A stretch of 64,000 bases of DNA from IMG/VR virus record IMGVR_UViG_3300035696_000005, positions 64,001-128,000 of that record. The stretch is one strand, 5' to 3'. The position numbers and the translations under genes are program-made. The DNA comes from a virus. A model generated the notes under the pieces. It had not been told where the DNA came from. It worked only from the letters and a program-made list of their open reading frames with translations, and did no database searches. This document shows positions 62,242 through 64,000 of this stretch, piece after piece. Each line of letters begins with the position of its first letter. The first letter of the stretch is position 1.

Positions 62242-62573
62242 TATGTGTCTCCTTTTAGAACGGTCCTGGCTTCTATTGCAACACGCCTACAAGGCCCACA
62301 GCAATTGTTTCCGTCTGTCTTTTGCAGAATCGACTTTAGGACAGTTTCGAGCTGCTCGATCCTATCTTCGTAACGATGTCTTGTCATACTCTTTCCGCGC
62401 TTGAATGCTTCCATATCAACTCTGATCAGAGCCGCTTCAGCAAAGTCAGCTATGTCACTAGGGTGATTATGTATCCAGTCTTCGCGGATTTTTTCTGCCA
62501 CCTTTCTAAGATCCATCTGAGTTCTCTTCGGTAAGTCCATCAACCCACTTTCCGCTTTCATCTCTGGTCTCAA
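62241..62573 (-). CDS. Hypothetical protein
   Basis: Probable start MDLRKV. Confidence 0.5.
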   Translation of the reverse strand: MRPEMKAESGLMDLPKRTQMDLRKVAEKIREDWIHNHPSDIADFAEAALIRVDMEAFKRGKSMTRHRYEDRIEQLETVLKSILQKTDGNNCCGPCRRVAIEARTVLKGDT

Positions 62574-62880
62574 CCTTAACCGCCTTCATTTCCTGATCGA
62601 CTTTCTCGTCGATCTTGGCAAGAACTCCAGTGACTCGGGCTGTCTCAGTCTTAAGCCAGGCTTGAAATGTTTTACTTTGAATGCAGCGTTCAAAGGCTCG
62701 TTTCTTGTTCACATGTTGGTCTCGCTCGTCACGAGCTTCGCCAACAGCACCTGAGGCTTCGTGAACTACACGAACACCTGAGTTGACCTTGTTTTGATTC
62801 TGCCCTCCCTTGCCGCCGGAGCGAAAAGTATCGACTCTAAAGTCTTTTTTGGTGACGCTGAAGAGGATTTCTTTAGCCAT
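62506..62880 (-). CDS. GGQ-domain peptidyl-tRNA hydrolase (ArfB/PrfH-like release factor homologue)
   Basis: TFRSGGKGGQNQNKVNSGVRVVH..SG....A..ERDQH.NK..A. Confidence 0.9.
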   Translation of the reverse strand: MAKEILFSVTKKDFRVDTFRSGGKGGQNQNKVNSGVRVVHEASGAVGEARDERDQHVNKKRAFERCIQSKTFQAWLKTETARVTGVLAKIDEKVDQEMKAVKVETRDESGKWVDGLTEENSDGS

Positions 62881-62968
62881 ACATCTCCTTTGGTCTCCCC
62901 ACTCCGAATCTCACGGAGATTTCAAATTTAGGAAATTTGCGTCCTGTATATTGAACGATGGGGAGGTC

Positions 62969-63169
62969 TTAATCTTCTAGCCAATGACTGAAAGGTCCGA
63001 TCTCTTCGAGTTCTCGTTCGCGTTCGATATCTTCCTTCATTGATGAGCTAATAGCCATAGAGCCCATGTCTTCAAGTTCTCGTTCGCGTTCGATATCTTC
63101 TTTCATGGATGGGCTAATTCCCATTGCTCCGAAACCATCATCCTTTTTCTTCTTTCCCGAAGACCTCAT
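62969..63169 (-). CDS. Small protein with 22-aa tandem duplication
   Basis: IS.SMKEDIERERELE twice; start uncertain. Confidence 0.45.
   Translation of the reverse strand: MRSSGKKKKDDGFGAMGISPSMKEDIERERELEDMGSMAISSSMKEDIERERELEEIGPFSHWLED
63003..63124. repeat. Imperfect direct tandem repeat, 66-bp period
   Basis: Units 63003-63058 and 63069-63124 share GTTCTCGTTCGCGTTCGATATCTTC. Confidence 0.85.
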
Positions 63170-63350
63170 ATTCTGTTCTCCCTTCTAGTAACTGTTCCAT
63201 GTCGAACTCGTTTGGAAAGTGTTTGAGACGGTAATAGGCTTCTTTCCTGATCCATTTTGGAACACCGGGAGTTTTCTTTGGGTCAAGTAATGCCCGCAGA
63301 AACTCTCTCGTATTCCTGATTGCTCTTGTTCTTTCGTAAGGTAGCGTCAT
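63138..63350 (-). CDS. Conserved small protein (BPSL0761-like)
   Basis: MTLPYERTRAI...FL..L...TP.VP..IR..A...L.HFP. Confidence 0.7.
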   Translation of the reverse strand: MTLPYERTRAIRNTREFLRALLDPKKTPGVPKWIRKEAYYRLKHFPNEFDMEQLLEGRTEYEVFGKEEKG

Positions 63351-64000
63351 AGATCAAACACAATGGGTTCGTTTTCCGGGTCGTAGCTATATGTGCAGGT
63401 ACTGGCGTTCACATAGAGCGTATCTCCCACCTTCACTTCGCCGTAAGCTTCGTGAATGTGTCCAAAGATATGAGCTTTGGGCTTAATTCGCTCCACAGCT
63501 TTTGCCAAATCCCAGCACCCCACATGTCCCGGAACCAATCCGACAGGATCATACTTGGTCCGTGTCTTCCTGAAAATATCATCCTGGATCAGATAGGGCG
63601 GTCCATGAGTGATGAGCACATCCGTATCCGTCGGGATCTTATCCCACATGATCTTGAGCGCGTTTCCCCTGGGAAGGTTAAACGCCCAGTCATAGAATTC
63701 TGGTTGCCAGGGTGAGCCATAGAACTTGAGTCCTTGAACGGTGACTGAGCTATCTTGCAGGTAGTGTCCTGCAACCTTCACCATGTCTCTGGCGAGCGTG
63801 GGGTTTTCCTCAAAGAGGAAATCGTGATTGCCACAAATCCAAACGACATCCTTGTATTTTCCTTTGTTGAGAAGGGTATCAACCCAGTCAACAAAGCGTT
63901 GAACTTCATCGATGTCTCCTCGCATACTGATATCACCCGAATGGACGAGGATATCTCCATCAGGTAGTTTTAATTTTTTGTGTAGTCCGTGAGTGTCGGA
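63347..64000 (-). CDS. Metallophosphoesterase (239FB/MPPED-like), 5' end beyond window
   Basis: SDTHG, HSGD, GNHD, GSPWQP, ITHGPP, FGHIHE; frame open to window edge. Confidence 0.9.
   Translation of the reverse strand, partial: SDTHGLHKKLKLPDGDILVHSGDISMRGDIDEVQRFVDWVDTLLNKGKYKDVVWICGNHDFLFEENPTLARDMVKVAGHYLQDSSVTVQGLKFYGSPWQPEFYDWAFNLPRGNALKIMWDKIPTDTDVLITHGPPYLIQDDIFRKTRTKYDPVGLVPGHVGCWDLAKAVERIKPKAHIFGHIHEAYGEVKVGDTLYVNASTCTYSYDPENEPIVFDL

Noticed and set aside
1-64000. Genome-wide UAG recoding (code 15)
   Set aside because: Long genes are intact in code 11, and TAG ends several genes at natural boundaries (706, 896, 26280, 34750)

Overview
This is 64 kb of a large, probably jumbo-class, contractile-tailed (myovirus-like) bacteriophage genome; the host cannot be determined from the sequence. 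It reads in standard code 11 with strong AAGGAG ribosome-binding sites and sigma70-like promoters. Bases 1-6950 (+ strand) are late/virion genes: tail sheath, tail tube, and seven proteins sharing an N-terminal M-x(0,1)-F-x-x-G-[FI]-x-K-x-A motif, among them a kinase-like protein and a papain-like amidase. From about 6920 to the end is a dense, almost entirely minus-strand early/accessory region. It holds recombination/repair genes (SSB, PD-(D/E)xK nucleases, SMC/Rad50-like ATPase), TerC, three vWA proteins, an M15 endolysin, a Prs-like + NAMPT-like + macrodomain NAD module and a divergent PurA. It also holds a complete ubiquitin-like conjugation operon (Ubl, E2, JAB, E1) with a second Ubl paralogue, and a ribosome-rescue set (tmRNA, Pth2, GGQ release-factor-like protein). 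There are two atypical tRNAs, one an amber suppressor lying about 1 kb downstream of a gene interrupted by UAG at codon 4. Other observations are two candidate structured ncRNAs, a repeated palindromic promoter motif, a repeat-containing non-coding region, and a 970-bp opposite-strand foreign segment that clips both flanking genes. Family assignments come from motif recognition by eye; no database search or folding program was run.
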